A DNA stretch of 64,000 nt from Bdellovibrionales bacterium (GTDB taxonomy: Bacteria > Bdellovibrionota > Bdellovibrionia > Bdellovibrionales > Bdellovibrionaceae), in the NCBI GenBank assembly GCA_031370005.1, contig JANMPT010000021.1, positions 64,001 to 128,000 of the forward strand, given 5' to 3'. The translations under genes were made by a program, and so were the position numbers. Positions 18,637-28,940 of this stretch are shown here, piece after piece; position 1 is the first letter of the stretch; the number at the start of each line of letters is the position of its first letter. The notes beneath the pieces are model-generated. The model was not told the DNA's origin. It did not search any database and saw only the letters and a program-made list of their open reading frames with translations.

Positions 18637-21075
18637 TTAAAATGGTGTCCCAATAGAGAAGTCAAAAACCATTGTATCCTTATGGTATACGGGGTCGCGG
18701 CTCAAAGGGAAACCCCACTCAAACCGTAAAGGGCCTATTGGAGAAAACCAACGGATACCAAAACCCATATCCGAGAAAAAGCGATCCAAGGTCAGCTGAT
18801 CTTCAGCTTCACCAACATCATAGAATACAACTCCCATGATTTTTGCTTCTGCGATTAATGGAAATTGTAATTCTGTTTGATACATCAATTGCTGCTGACC
18901 ACCATAGAAAACCTGGGCTTGTTCGTTGGCATAGGCTTTTTGTGCGTCAGTCGGGCTTGAAATATTCAGCAAAGCATTGTTATACGCCGTTTGTGAGTAG
19001 ACCTGCTTACCTACGCGATATGGACGATATCCACGAAGTGAATAGGGGCCGCCCAGCAAATATAATTGATTGAATGGGGGGTTTCTCGAAGAATCTAAGC
19101 TTTCGATCTTTCCATACGTCAGGGAGTTTCTCCATATCACATCCCAAAAAATATTCTTAAAGTAACGGAAAATCCCCGCACCTTTTTGGTATTTTAAATC
19201 TCCACCAATACCTGCATATTCATATGAAAAACTAGTTAACATCCCCTTGCTTGTCATAAAACGATCATTCCGAGTGTCATACTGAACACTTGTCGTCAAT
19301 GAACTCGTATAGCCATTAGCAGTGCTAAGGGGGAAAACCACTGGATCCGTGATGGAAACACCATTCACTATTTTTTCATCCAGCTGAGTCTTATCGAGTT
19401 TATAACGAAGAGTCCCGCGCCAGTCCTCACCAATAGGATGCCCCAAGCTCACGGCGGCACCCGTTCTTTTTTCATCGTAATCAGAGCGTCCGGAATCAAT
19501 ACTTTGATAAAGCTCAGAGCCTAAAGACCATAAGCTATCTTGGAAATAGGGCTCTGTGAACGTGAAATTGTAGTAGCTGCCTGTATTGCTAATATTCAGT
19601 GAGGCCCCAAGGTTTTGACCACGCCCTAGAAAGTTCGTCTGATTTACGGAGCCAGTCAAAGTAAAGCCCGTCGCAGTTCCGTAACCAGCACCCAACTGTA
19701 TCTGTCCAGTATTTCGTTCTTTCACTACGATATCCATATTTAAGATATCTGGCTTGTCCGCAGAAGTAGCGGTTTTAAAATTCACTTCCTCAAAAAAGCC
19801 AAGACGCTGGATACTTTCTAAAGACTGGCGACGACGTGTTTCGTTATAAAGCTCGCCCTCTCGTATTTTTAGTTCACGCCGAACCACTTTATCACGAGTT
19901 TTGGTATTGCCCACCACATTGATTTGACCAAAATAAACCTTGTTACCCTTATCAAACTCAAATAATAAATCCACTTTTAATTCTTTATCATTGATTCGAG
20001 TGCGCGGAATAACGTTGGCAAAGGCATAACCCAAGTCCCCATATTTCGCCTGAAGATCACTTAAATCTTTATAAAGAACGTCATAGGCGAAAACTTTTCC
20101 AGGAGTGAGCTTAATAACATCAAAGAGCTCATCTTTAGAAAAAAGAACATCACCACCAAAGTCAATCTCTCCGACTTTGTACTGTTCACCCTCCACCACA
20201 CGCATAGTAATGTAGATGCTTTTTTTATCTGGAGTCACGTAGACCTGAGGACGATCAATCTTCGCCTGAATATAGCCCTGGTTAAAGTACACATAACGAA
20301 GGGCTTGAGTGTCCCGATCAAAAGCCTCTTGCTTGTATGAACCTGAGCCGCTCATGAAAGAAAAATAACCACCTTCTTTGGTAATCATGTTCGACTTTAG
20401 TGTACTCTCAGAAAGTTTCTTAGCACCCAGGATTGTGATCTTCTTTACCTTAACTTTATCATTTTCTTTAATTTTAAAAACAATACGAACAGACTCCTCT
20501 TTCTTCAAGTCTTCAACAACCGGATTAATCTTTGCGAGAAAAAATCCCTTGTCTTCATAAAGTTTTTGAATTTTCTCCGTCGCTTCTTTCAGTTTATTCA
20601 TGTTAAGAATTTCATAAGCTTTAATTCCGGAAGCTTCAGCAAGATCTTCGCTTTTTACCTCAGAGTTTCCTTCATAAACAATTTCAACAATCGAAGGTTT
20701 TTCAGTTACATGATAAGTTAAACGCACCTCATTTGCTTTGATTTCACGATCCACCTCAACATTCACAAAATAACCACTCTTAAAAAGGGCCTTTACATCT
20801 TCACGTAATTTATTGTCACTATAAACTTCACCAGTCTTGCTCACAAGACGATTGAGGATGGCGTCTTTTTCAAGCTTTCGCATTCCTACAACATCAATGC
20901 TCTTTATAAGCATTTCCCGAGTAGAGACTGCTTTCGGGCTATGACTAGATTTTTTGATTGCCCTTTTTGTTGGCGCCTTCTTAGCCCGCGCCGAAGCCTG
21001 AGTAATAAACAGATTCGCACTCATGAAAAAAATAAAAAATAGTGTCAGATTTCGGAGTGTCCATCTTGGTCGCAA
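18637..21075 (-). CDS. bamA: Outer membrane protein assembly factor BamA
   Basis: POTRA repeats, GNTKTRDKVVRRE, NFLGRGQ, LRGY, GIRWFSPIGPLRF and a terminal Phe. Confidence 0.97.
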   Translation of the reverse strand: MRPRWTLRNLTLFFIFFMSANLFITQASARAKKAPTKRAIKKSSHSPKAVSTREMLIKSIDVVGMRKLEKDAILNRLVSKTGEVYSDNKLREDVKALFKSGYFVNVEVDREIKANEVRLTYHVTEKPSIVEIVYEGNSEVKSEDLAEASGIKAYEILNMNKLKEATEKIQKLYEDKGFFLAKINPVVEDLKKEESVRIVFKIKENDKVKVKKITILGAKKLSESTLKSNMITKEGGYFSFMSGSGSYKQEAFDRDTQALRYVYFNQGYIQAKIDRPQVYVTPDKKSIYITMRVVEGEQYKVGEIDFGGDVLFSKDELFDVIKLTPGKVFAYDVLYKDLSDLQAKYGDLGYAFANVIPRTRINDKELKVDLLFEFDKGNKVYFGQINVVGNTKTRDKVVRRELKIREGELYNETRRRQSLESIQRLGFFEEVNFKTATSADKPDILNMDIVVKERNTGQIQLGAGYGTATGFTLTGSVNQTNFLGRGQNLGASLNISNTGSYYNFTFTEPYFQDSLWSLGSELYQSIDSGRSDYDEKRTGAAVSLGHPIGEDWRGTLRYKLDKTQLDEKIVNGVSITDPVVFPLSTANGYTSSLTTSVQYDTRNDRFMTSKGMLTSFSYEYAGIGGDLKYQKGAGIFRYFKNIFWDVIWRNSLTYGKIESLDSSRNPPFNQLYLLGGPYSLRGYRPYRVGKQVYSQTAYNNALLNISSPTDAQKAYANEQAQVFYGGQQQLMYQTELQFPLIAEAKIMGVVFYDVGEAEDQLTLDRFFSDMGFGIRWFSPIGPLRFEWGFPLSRDPVYHKDTMVFDFSIGTPF

Positions 21076-21178
21076 AGTAGTTCTTCCCTTATCAATAGTA
21101 TTCTAAATTCCTAAGAAATTTTATATACTTACAAAAATAAAAGAAAAGCGTAGCCCAAGACCTAGGCCTTGTCAAACA

Positions 21179-21865
21179 TTAGACCCACTGGCCATCTTTC
21201 ATTCGAAGAATTTTGGGAAACTTTTGAGCAAACGCCAGATCATGGGTCACCACCACAAGAGTCAGACCAAAACGCTCTTTGAGCTCAAAAAAAAGATCTT
21301 GAATGCGCTGACTATTTTGCATATCTAGGTTTCCAGTTGGTTCATCAGCAAAAAGTACTTTAGGACGGCGAACTAGGGCCCTGGCAATTGCTATACGCTG
21401 CAGCTCGCCACCACTCAGCTGCGTTGGATAGTGCTCAATTCTTGGGCCAAGTCCCATTTGATAAAGCAACTCAGTGGCTCTATCTTTAGCGTCGCGAACC
21501 GATTCTCCGGCTATACGACATGGGATCATGACATTTTCAAGGGCCGTGAATTCCGCCAGTAAATGGTGAAATTGAAACACAAAGCCCATTTTCTCATTGC
21601 GAAAAAGTGCCAATTCTTCGTCAGCCATTTCGAGCAAATTATGATCATGGAAGAAAAGTTGCCCGCTTTGTGGGCGATCCAAGGTTCCCAATATTTGCAA
21701 AAAAGTACTTTTACCAGCACCCGAAGCGCCTAAAATACAGATGGCTTCTCCATCTTGGATATCCAAAGACATTCCACGAAGAATTTGTAGCTCACCGCCA
21801 TCTCCTTGCGGATAGGTTTTGACAATTGAATCTGCTCTAATCATAGCCGGTGCAGAATTAACCAT
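21179..21865 (-). CDS. lolD: Lipoprotein-releasing ABC transporter ATPase
   Basis: GASGAGKST, GFVFQFHHLL, LSGGE and ADEPTGNLD. Confidence 0.93.
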   Translation of the reverse strand: MVNSAPAMIRADSIVKTYPQGDGGELQILRGMSLDIQDGEAICILGASGAGKSTFLQILGTLDRPQSGQLFFHDHNLLEMADEELALFRNEKMGFVFQFHHLLAEFTALENVMIPCRIAGESVRDAKDRATELLYQMGLGPRIEHYPTQLSGGELQRIAIARALVRRPKVLFADEPTGNLDMQNSQRIQDLFFELKERFGLTLVVVTHDLAFAQKFPKILRMKDGQWV

Positions 21866-23084
21866 ATTTCAATCCCTCCACAGGGTTGAGCTTTGAGCCT
21901 CGGAGGGCCGGTGCTAAAGTTGCTACAAAGCAGATAAGCATAGTCGCAAGTGCAATAAAAATCCAATCCACAAAACGCAGCTCTACTTGAATTGAATCAA
22001 TGCGATAGACCGAGCCCGAAAGAAGTCCCATTGTATTTTGTAAGACTGTAAAGCCCGCACATAACAGTAACCCAAACAAGGTTCCCAGGCCAAGCCCAAC
22101 CCCCCCCATTAAAATCCCTTGTAGGCTAAATATTTTAAGGATGCTTTTTTGCGGAAGACCTAAGGCTTTTAAAATTGCAATATCGGCATAACGCTGAACT
22201 ACATTCACGAAAAGTGTGCTCGATACATTGAAAGAGGCAACCACCACAATGATGAGCACCACAAAGAAAATAACTACACGTTCAATTTTTACCGCTTCAA
22301 AAAGATTCTCATTGAGATCTCGCCAGTCGCTGACCCAATAACTAGGCCCCAAAGTCTGACTTAAATTAAAAGCCGCAGTCCTTGCGTAGTTAATATCTTG
22401 GAACTTCAGCAATAGGCCGCTATAACGATCACCGATTTGTACAAGCTTTTGAGCAGTTGCCAGTGTCGAAATAATCATACGTTCATTCCACTCGGTTTTT
22501 CCCATATCCAATATTCCACGCACTTGAAACTCGACAATTCTTCTCTGAAAACGACCTGAGTCAATGGGATCTGGGATGGGCATTACCACACGGAAAGTAT
22601 CACCAATTTTAAGTCCCACACGCTGAGCAATGCGTTTTCCAATCAGTGCTGGAGTTTTGCCTCCGCCTTCTTTAAGATCAAGACTTCCTTCAATTAGCCG
22701 AGAGGAAAAATTTAGAACTTCTCCTGCGCGTTCTTCATCAATTCCCTGGATCATCACACCTTGAATTACTCCCTGATGGGCAAGAACGGCCTCCGTGCGA
22801 AGAAAGCGAACGGAAGAAACCAGGCTTGGCTCTTGTTTACGAATGCGCGCCTCAAGCTCCTGCCACGGTTCTTGAAAGGTCGCACGCTTCACCAGTTGCA
22901 CATGTCCAGTTACATCAGTCATAGCTGATCGCAAGGTGGATTCAAAACCACTCATCACTGCCATGGAGGCAACTAGCGCCCCAACCCCCAGGATCAATCC
23001 CACCAGGGAAAGCACTGCAGACCCTCCGAACAAAGTACGCCTTGAAAACAACAAACGATAGGCAATCCATAAAAGTTGCTTCAC
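21858..23084 (-). CDS. Lipoprotein-releasing ABC transporter permease LolC/E (single copy)
   Basis: AVMSGFE, IAILKALG, C-terminal PA.RGSKLNPVEGLKYG and a MacB/FtsX topology. Coupled to lolD. Confidence 0.92.
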   Translation of the reverse strand: MKQLLWIAYRLLFSRRTLFGGSAVLSLVGLILGVGALVASMAVMSGFESTLRSAMTDVTGHVQLVKRATFQEPWQELEARIRKQEPSLVSSVRFLRTEAVLAHQGVIQGVMIQGIDEERAGEVLNFSSRLIEGSLDLKEGGGKTPALIGKRIAQRVGLKIGDTFRVVMPIPDPIDSGRFQRRIVEFQVRGILDMGKTEWNERMIISTLATAQKLVQIGDRYSGLLLKFQDINYARTAAFNLSQTLGPSYWVSDWRDLNENLFEAVKIERVVIFFVVLIIVVVASFNVSSTLFVNVVQRYADIAILKALGLPQKSILKIFSLQGILMGGVGLGLGTLFGLLLCAGFTVLQNTMGLLSGSVYRIDSIQVELRFVDWIFIALATMLICFVATLAPALRGSKLNPVEGLKYG

Positions 23085-24225
23085 CTAAGTGACCGCCATC
23101 GTTTCGAGATCATTCGCAAAGCTGGATTTCAAATATGCCATAATAAAATCATCTAGTTCACCATCAAGAATATCTTCGACCTGATTGGTTTCAAAATCCG
23201 TTCTGTGATCCTTCACCAACTGATAGGGATGCATCACATAAGAACGAATTTGGGAACCCCACTCATTGGCTTTTTTAACAGAATTCATAACATCTTTTTC
23301 AGCATTGCGTTTTTCAACCTCTTTTTCATAGAGAGCCGCTTTCAACATTTTAAGAGCCTTCTCGCGATTCTGGATCTGACTGCGTTGAGTTTGACAAGAA
23401 ACAATAATTCCTGAAGGCAAATGATACATGCGAACAGCAGAATCTGTTTTATTGACATGCTGACCACCAGCACCGCTTGATCTGAAAGTTTCTACTTTCA
23501 GATCCTCAGGGCGGACCTCAATATTGATATCATCATCTACTTCTGGCCAAGCAAATACTGAGGCAAAAGAAGTATGTCGGCGGGCATTGGAATCAAAGGG
23601 TGAAATTCGCACCAAACGATGGACTCCAGATTCAGCCTTCAAATAACCATAGGCGTAGGGGCCCTCTATTAAAAGCGTACAGGATTTAATCCCTGCGCCT
23701 TCGCCCTCCGTAATATCTAGAATCTCAACACGGTATCCATGATGTTCTGCATACCGAGTGTACATTCTCATCAACATCTCAGCCCAATCACAGGATTCGG
23801 TACCACCAGCACCAGAGTTGATAGACAAATAAGTGCTACTTGAGTCCATTTCCCTATTCAGCAGGCGACTGAGCTCAAGCGCTTGCCCAATCTTTTCGAT
23901 AGCCAGGACCTCGGTTTTAACTTCATCAAAAGATGCATCATCCTCATCCTCAACGGCCATCTCCAAAAGAACTATAGCGTCCTCAAGGCGACCGCTATAG
24001 GATTTCCACTCGCCCATTGCTTTTTCAAGCAAAGTCTTTTCTTTATTGATTTTTTGCATTTCTGCAGGCTTTCCCCAGATTGCAGGATTCTCAACTGCCA
24101 TAGCTAGCTCAGCCAAGCGTCTCTGTTTTTTATCTAGGTCAAAGATACCCCCGAAGCTCGTTTCCGAACTTCTCAAGATCCATTAGTTTTTTTTTGATAT
24201 CGGATAATTCTGTAGCAATTGACAT
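23085..24225 (-). CDS. prfB: Peptide chain release factor 2, expressed via a +1 programmed frameshift
   Basis: SPF and GGQ motifs. The true start ATG 24225 gives 28 codons (MSIATELSDIKKKLMDLEKFGNELRGYL) ending in CTT TGA C, and the +1 frame continues DLDKKQ. Confidence 0.97.
24138..24153 (-). promoter_or_regulatory. RF2 frameshift cassette (internal SD plus slippery CTT-TGA-C)
   Basis: The minus strand reads CGGGGG TAT CTT TGA C, matching the canonical prfB autoregulatory site. Confidence 0.95.
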
Positions 24226-24409
24226 TTGTTTTCCTTGTATAACTTGGAGTCTATAGCCGTGACCTCGGGAGTCAATAATTTGCCGTCTTGCGTAGACTCC
24301 GCTCAGCCAATGACGGCTTGCAACATTTATCCGCCTTTGCTTGATTAAATGATTTAGAGTCTTTATTGCTTATAAACAAATTATATATATATCTGAAAGC
24401 ATTAGACAC

Positions 24410-26014
24410 TTGATGAACGACTTAAAATCTACATTTCTTACCTATTGGCTTTTGCCTTTTTTGTGCTTGATAGGGACTCTTATCATTTTTTTCTCCCCAC
24501 TTAGGTTCATTATTGTTCCGCAATTTGTAGTCTACCATACATTTCTTGAAGCTTTCTGCATCGTCATCTCACTCATGATTTTCATGACACAGTTTGTTCT
24601 TAGAAACCATAGCACTTCGGGCCTCTATCAGGTTTTAGGAATTCCCTATCTGGGCATTGGAATCATTGACTTACTGCATACCCTTTCCTTCGAAGGAGTC
24701 CCAGACTTTGTGACTCCGAATAGTTTGCAAAAAAGCATCTCTTTTTGGCTAGCAGCACGTTTCTTAGAGGCAGGCACTTTTTTATTTTTTGCTTTAAGTT
24801 TGAAATATAAATGGAATACCAGAAATAGTCGACAACAACTCATTTACTTGGTTGTTCTTGCGTATACAGTACTCGTCACCATTGTTGTTTTGTGGTTTCC
24901 AGAAATCCTCCCCAGTTTTTCCGACACGCTGGGGCACCTAAGCGCTGTTAAAAAAGGCAGTGAGTATCTGCTTATTTTCAGCCATTTAGTTATTTTATAT
25001 CTACTTATTTCCACAACAGAAAAAAATAAAAATCATGATAACATAGCCTTGTTAATTGCGGCATCCTCAATTATTGCAATCTCAGGGCTCTGTTTCAGCT
25101 CCTTTTCCGAGAGCAATGATTTAATCATTTTTACCGGGCATGTACTGAAGGCAATGGCATATTATTTTATTTTTAAAGCGGCATTGCAAAGTGAATTATT
25201 ACAGCCGTATAAACAACTCATTGAACTAAATAATGATTTACTATCTCAAACTGAAAGCCTTAAAAACATTAAAGCACTCCTATTGAAATCGGAGAGGCTT
25301 AACTCTCTCGGGATGAATGCTGGCATTGCACTTCATGATTTGAATAACATGGTGCAGATCGCTAATATTGCAGCTAAAAAAATTCTCAAATTGGTGTCTG
25401 GAAACAGTTCTGCAGAGAGTATAAGAGCGTACTCGAATACAATTGTTAACAGTTTGGCAAAAACTCAGAAGTTTCAACAACAATTGCTACAACAGGTAAA
25501 GAGCTCTGCTGATAAAGTGACCATCATAGAGCTACACGAAGAGCTCACTCAATTTTCCTCACTGCTGAAGACTTTAGTTGGCAGCAATGAGCTTGTAATT
25601 GACTGCGAAGACATGCTTAATGTCGAAATTAATCAAGTGGAGTTGGAACAGGTTTTGATGAACTTGGTTATCAATGCAAGAGATGCCATAAAGTCGCAAG
25701 ACGGAAAAATAATTATCAGAGCTAAAAAACAGACAATCCATTCCCCTGCTAATAGCCTTACCGGAACAATTAAATCAGGCAACTATATTAAGCTCTCAGT
25801 CATAGATAATGGCAGAGGCGTACCCGCAGAATCATTAACAAAAATATTTGAGCCATTCTACACTACCAAGGAAAGCAGCAATGGAACTGGTCTGGGGCTA
25901 TCCGCCGTCAAAACTATCATTGAAAAATGGAATGCTTATCTTCAAGTTCACACTATTTCTGGGAAAGGTACTGAGTTCGATATTTTTATAAACGAGATTA
26001 AGGACCCCTTGTGA
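24410..26014 (+). CDS. Orphan membrane histidine kinase with a MASE3-type sensor
   Basis: HTFLE, DLLHTLSFEGVPDF and FWLAARFLEA (MASE3-like), multiple TMs, H-box LHDLNN, NLVINARDA, FEPFYTTK and GTGLGL. Confidence 0.88.
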   Translation: MMNDLKSTFLTYWLLPFLCLIGTLIIFFSPLRFIIVPQFVVYHTFLEAFCIVISLMIFMTQFVLRNHSTSGLYQVLGIPYLGIGIIDLLHTLSFEGVPDFVTPNSLQKSISFWLAARFLEAGTFLFFALSLKYKWNTRNSRQQLIYLVVLAYTVLVTIVVLWFPEILPSFSDTLGHLSAVKKGSEYLLIFSHLVILYLLISTTEKNKNHDNIALLIAASSIIAISGLCFSSFSESNDLIIFTGHVLKAMAYYFIFKAALQSELLQPYKQLIELNNDLLSQTESLKNIKALLLKSERLNSLGMNAGIALHDLNNMVQIANIAAKKILKLVSGNSSAESIRAYSNTIVNSLAKTQKFQQQLLQQVKSSADKVTIIELHEELTQFSSLLKTLVGSNELVIDCEDMLNVEINQVELEQVLMNLVINARDAIKSQDGKIIIRAKKQTIHSPANSLTGTIKSGNYIKLSVIDNGRGVPAESLTKIFEPFYTTKESSNGTGLGLSAVKTIIEKWNAYLQVHTISGKGTEFDIFINEIKDPL

Positions 26015-26444
26015 AAAACTTTGCAAAGACTTCATCTTGGATTGAAAACATTTTTTTCGCATCCGAAGATTCTGTTTCGTGATCATAACCTAGCAAATGC
26101 AAAATCCCGTGAAGAATCATATAACCAAGCTCCTCTTGGTACTTCAGTCCGTGGTCCTTTGCTTGTTTTTGTATAACTTGAGGGCACAAGAGCAATTCGC
26201 CCAATGACTCAGAACTCATCGACTCAAAACTCAGCACATCCGTCGCATAGTCTTTTCCGCGAAATTGCTTGTTATTTGCTTTTGCATTTTTTGGATTTAA
26301 AAAAATCAAAGTCAATTCTTTGGTCGCGGTATTTTTGTCAAAGATTTTGCGTTTCAAAAATTCATTTTTTATTTGTAAGCACCATTTTTTGATAAACTTG
26401 CGTGGAGCTCGTACCGAGCTCTGGTTAATCACAAGTATCCTCAT
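25998..26444 (-). CDS. ybeY: rRNA maturation endoribonuclease YbeY
   Basis: N.QFRGKDYATDVLSF and HGILHLLGYDH. Confidence 0.97.
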   Translation of the reverse strand: MRILVINQSSVRAPRKFIKKWCLQIKNEFLKRKIFDKNTATKELTLIFLNPKNAKANNKQFRGKDYATDVLSFESMSSESLGELLLCPQVIQKQAKDHGLKYQEELGYMILHGILHLLGYDHETESSDAKKMFSIQDEVFAKFFTRGP

Positions 26445-28849
26445 GCTTTTTCACCCAAACCGCCGCCGGCACTGCGCGGATAATCAATGCGCTGATGGTA
26501 AATACCCAAAAGAATTTTTATAAAGGCATGTTCAACTTTTGAAATGTCTTTTAAAGTAAGGTTGCATTCATCAAGCTGACCATCTTGAAACTTTCTTTGA
26601 ATCACATTGCGCACAATATTCTGCAGTCGCGTTGGGGTGGGTTCATCCAAAGAGCGAGCGGCGGCTTCTATACTATCTGCCAACATACATAATGCAGACT
26701 CACGAAACTGTGGTTTTGGCCCTGGGTACCTAAAATCTTCTTCTGAAGTATCGCAATCATCAGGTTTTTTCAAATCCAATGCCTTATTATAAAAAAATGA
26801 GATCAAGGTAGTTCCATGATGCTGGATAATGCCTTCAATAATCGGCTTTCCAAGCTTGTACTGCATTCCGAGCTCCACCCCATCTTTAACATGAGCAATC
26901 AACAGAGTCCTACTCATGAAAGGTGAAATATCATCATGAGGATTATGTCCTGGTTTTTGATTTTCAATAAAATAATTGGAATGCTCTGTCTTTCCAATAT
27001 CATGATAATAGCACATCACCTTACCTAAAAGTGGGTTGGCATTAATATCTTCAGCTGCAGCCTCAACCATGCTTCCCACCATCATCGAGTGATGATATGT
27101 ACCGGGAGCCTTTATAATCATCTCTTTAAGAAGTGGATGGTTTAAATTGCTGAGCTCTAAAAGCTTGACGTCCGTAGTGTAGTTAAACAAGGACTCTAAG
27201 AGTGGAATAATCATCATGGTTACAAGGGCACTGAAAATTCCTCCGATAAAGGCCGCTGGAACCGCTACATAGACTTCATTTAAAGTTCCTTCTTGTTCTA
27301 TTTTACTTACTGTCATAAGAAAAGCCACTAAAAGGGCATTCACCAAACCCGCTCGAATGCCTGCAAAATAAATATCGTTGCGTGTCTTACACATGAAGAC
27401 GCCACGAGCGCCAGCAATTCCGCCAACCATAGTTACAAGCATGAAATTAAAATTGAAATCAGTCATGATCCCAGCGCAAAAGGCCATGAAGGCTGTAAAG
27501 AGCCATACGACTTCTCCTGAAGTTATAAGCAGTCCTATCATCATTGGCGCTGCCGCAATCGGGGCCGCATATAAAAATACTTTTGGTGTTAAAATATGTC
27601 CAAATTTTGAGACAAAGGCCGCATCAGTAATAAAAAGATAAATTTTCGTAATCAAAATTACAGTCAAAATCACCAGCATCATCACCATCGAGTCTTTGAG
27701 CGAAACTCGAACTTTATTAAGAGTAAACCGACGCATATAAGAGGCAAAAACAATGATTAACAAAGTTAAAAACATTGCCAAAGAAAAAGTCATTAAGTTG
27801 CCGCGTCGGTCGGCTTGAATGGATTGAATTTGCCGGATCATCGCCATCTGGAAAGGCTGAACCATACTTCCTTGGGGTACAATGACTTGATTTTTCTTAA
27901 TCGTGATGTTGACTGAAAGAATCGCCTCGCGAGCACTTTGTTTGCGGCTTGCCGCCTCTTGCTTATTCAGAGTTAAATTGGGGACAACTAGGGAGCGAGA
28001 AAGATATAAAATATTCGCACGATCACTTTCGGTCATCTTCACTAACATATGGGAATTATCAGCATCAAAGTGGTCCGGATTTTGTAAATCGAGGATATCT
28101 ACTTTTGCAAGATTAAACTCCCGTCCGAGATTATTCTTGTGAATCACTCGAGCTAAAACTGTCGTTTGATTCGCAGGAATGAAGCGATCTGGGGCCTCAG
28201 CAATTTTTTTCTCGTACCAATTCTCGAGGTTACGAACTACAGCACTCTCAATACGATTACTAAAGCGATTTTCGACAAGCCACTCATACATGAAATCAGA
28301 AATGCCGACACCGAGTTCTTTTTCAAACTGTGGCTTATGTTGAAAAAAATCACGCATGGCTTCTTCACGGCCTTTGTTGGTTTTCGGCCAAACCGTCTCG
28401 CGAAGAAGGCCTCTTTGAGTACGAAAAGAGCGATAAACACCGCTAGAAACTCGCTCAAAAACTGAGGTGTCGTAGTCATAAACCACTGGCACTGTCAGTT
28501 CTGCACGAAGGCGCTTCTCTTCAGTTGTCACTTCGTCAGTCATTTCAAAGCTAAAGGGCGAAACTACGTCTGATTTTGTAATATCGCCCACACGAAAATC
28601 GTAAGGGAGCTCTAACTGGAAAAAAATCAGATAAGAAAGCACCAAACAGAATGAAAAAATCGTCGCTATTCGCTTAAGATAAAGCCGCTGTTCAAATTCA
28701 TGATAAAGATGAAAGAAAATTCGACCAAAAAAAGTCTTCTCGAAATTCAAATGGCTCGTCCACTCAAGAAATTTCAAGCTATGGTCTTCGTAGTTGACAC
28801 GTTTATGAGGCGCGTCTGTTTTTTTTGGTCCAAATTTATACAACGGCAT
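26441..28849 (-). CDS. 7TM-HD phosphohydrolase (PgpH-like)
   Basis: Large extracytoplasmic domain, 7TM region, then LLELSNLNHPLL, APGTYHHS, YYHDIGK, QHHGT, FRYPGPKP and LADSIEAA. Coupled to ybeY. Confidence 0.92.
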   Translation of the reverse strand: MPLYKFGPKKTDAPHKRVNYEDHSLKFLEWTSHLNFEKTFFGRIFFHLYHEFEQRLYLKRIATIFSFCLVLSYLIFFQLELPYDFRVGDITKSDVVSPFSFEMTDEVTTEEKRLRAELTVPVVYDYDTSVFERVSSGVYRSFRTQRGLLRETVWPKTNKGREEAMRDFFQHKPQFEKELGVGISDFMYEWLVENRFSNRIESAVVRNLENWYEKKIAEAPDRFIPANQTTVLARVIHKNNLGREFNLAKVDILDLQNPDHFDADNSHMLVKMTESDRANILYLSRSLVVPNLTLNKQEAASRKQSAREAILSVNITIKKNQVIVPQGSMVQPFQMAMIRQIQSIQADRRGNLMTFSLAMFLTLLIIVFASYMRRFTLNKVRVSLKDSMVMMLVILTVILITKIYLFITDAAFVSKFGHILTPKVFLYAAPIAAAPMMIGLLITSGEVVWLFTAFMAFCAGIMTDFNFNFMLVTMVGGIAGARGVFMCKTRNDIYFAGIRAGLVNALLVAFLMTVSKIEQEGTLNEVYVAVPAAFIGGIFSALVTMMIIPLLESLFNYTTDVKLLELSNLNHPLLKEMIIKAPGTYHHSMMVGSMVEAAAEDINANPLLGKVMCYYHDIGKTEHSNYFIENQKPGHNPHDDISPFMSRTLLIAHVKDGVELGMQYKLGKPIIEGIIQHHGTTLISFFYNKALDLKKPDDCDTSEEDFRYPGPKPQFRESALCMLADSIEAAARSLDEPTPTRLQNIVRNVIQRKFQDGQLDECNLTLKDISKVEHAFIKILLGIYHQRIDYPRSAGGGLGEKA

Positions 28850-28940
28850 CAGCTATATGGTCCCCGCTTATAATAAGCTTTTCGGATTTTTTCTCGAAAT
28901 CCGCAGGCTTATATGTTAAGACTCCGGGTAATCTCTTTCT

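Noticed and set aside
24187..24195. Homopolymer A/T runs of 8-9 nt as phase-variation tracts
   Set aside because: Such runs are common in this AT-rich sequence, are in frame (Lys codons), and no long G/C tracts or disrupted genes were seen.
23085..24225. prfB as a frameshifted pseudogene or sequencing error
   Set aside because: The break is exactly the canonical CTT-TGA-C programmed frameshift with its internal SD.
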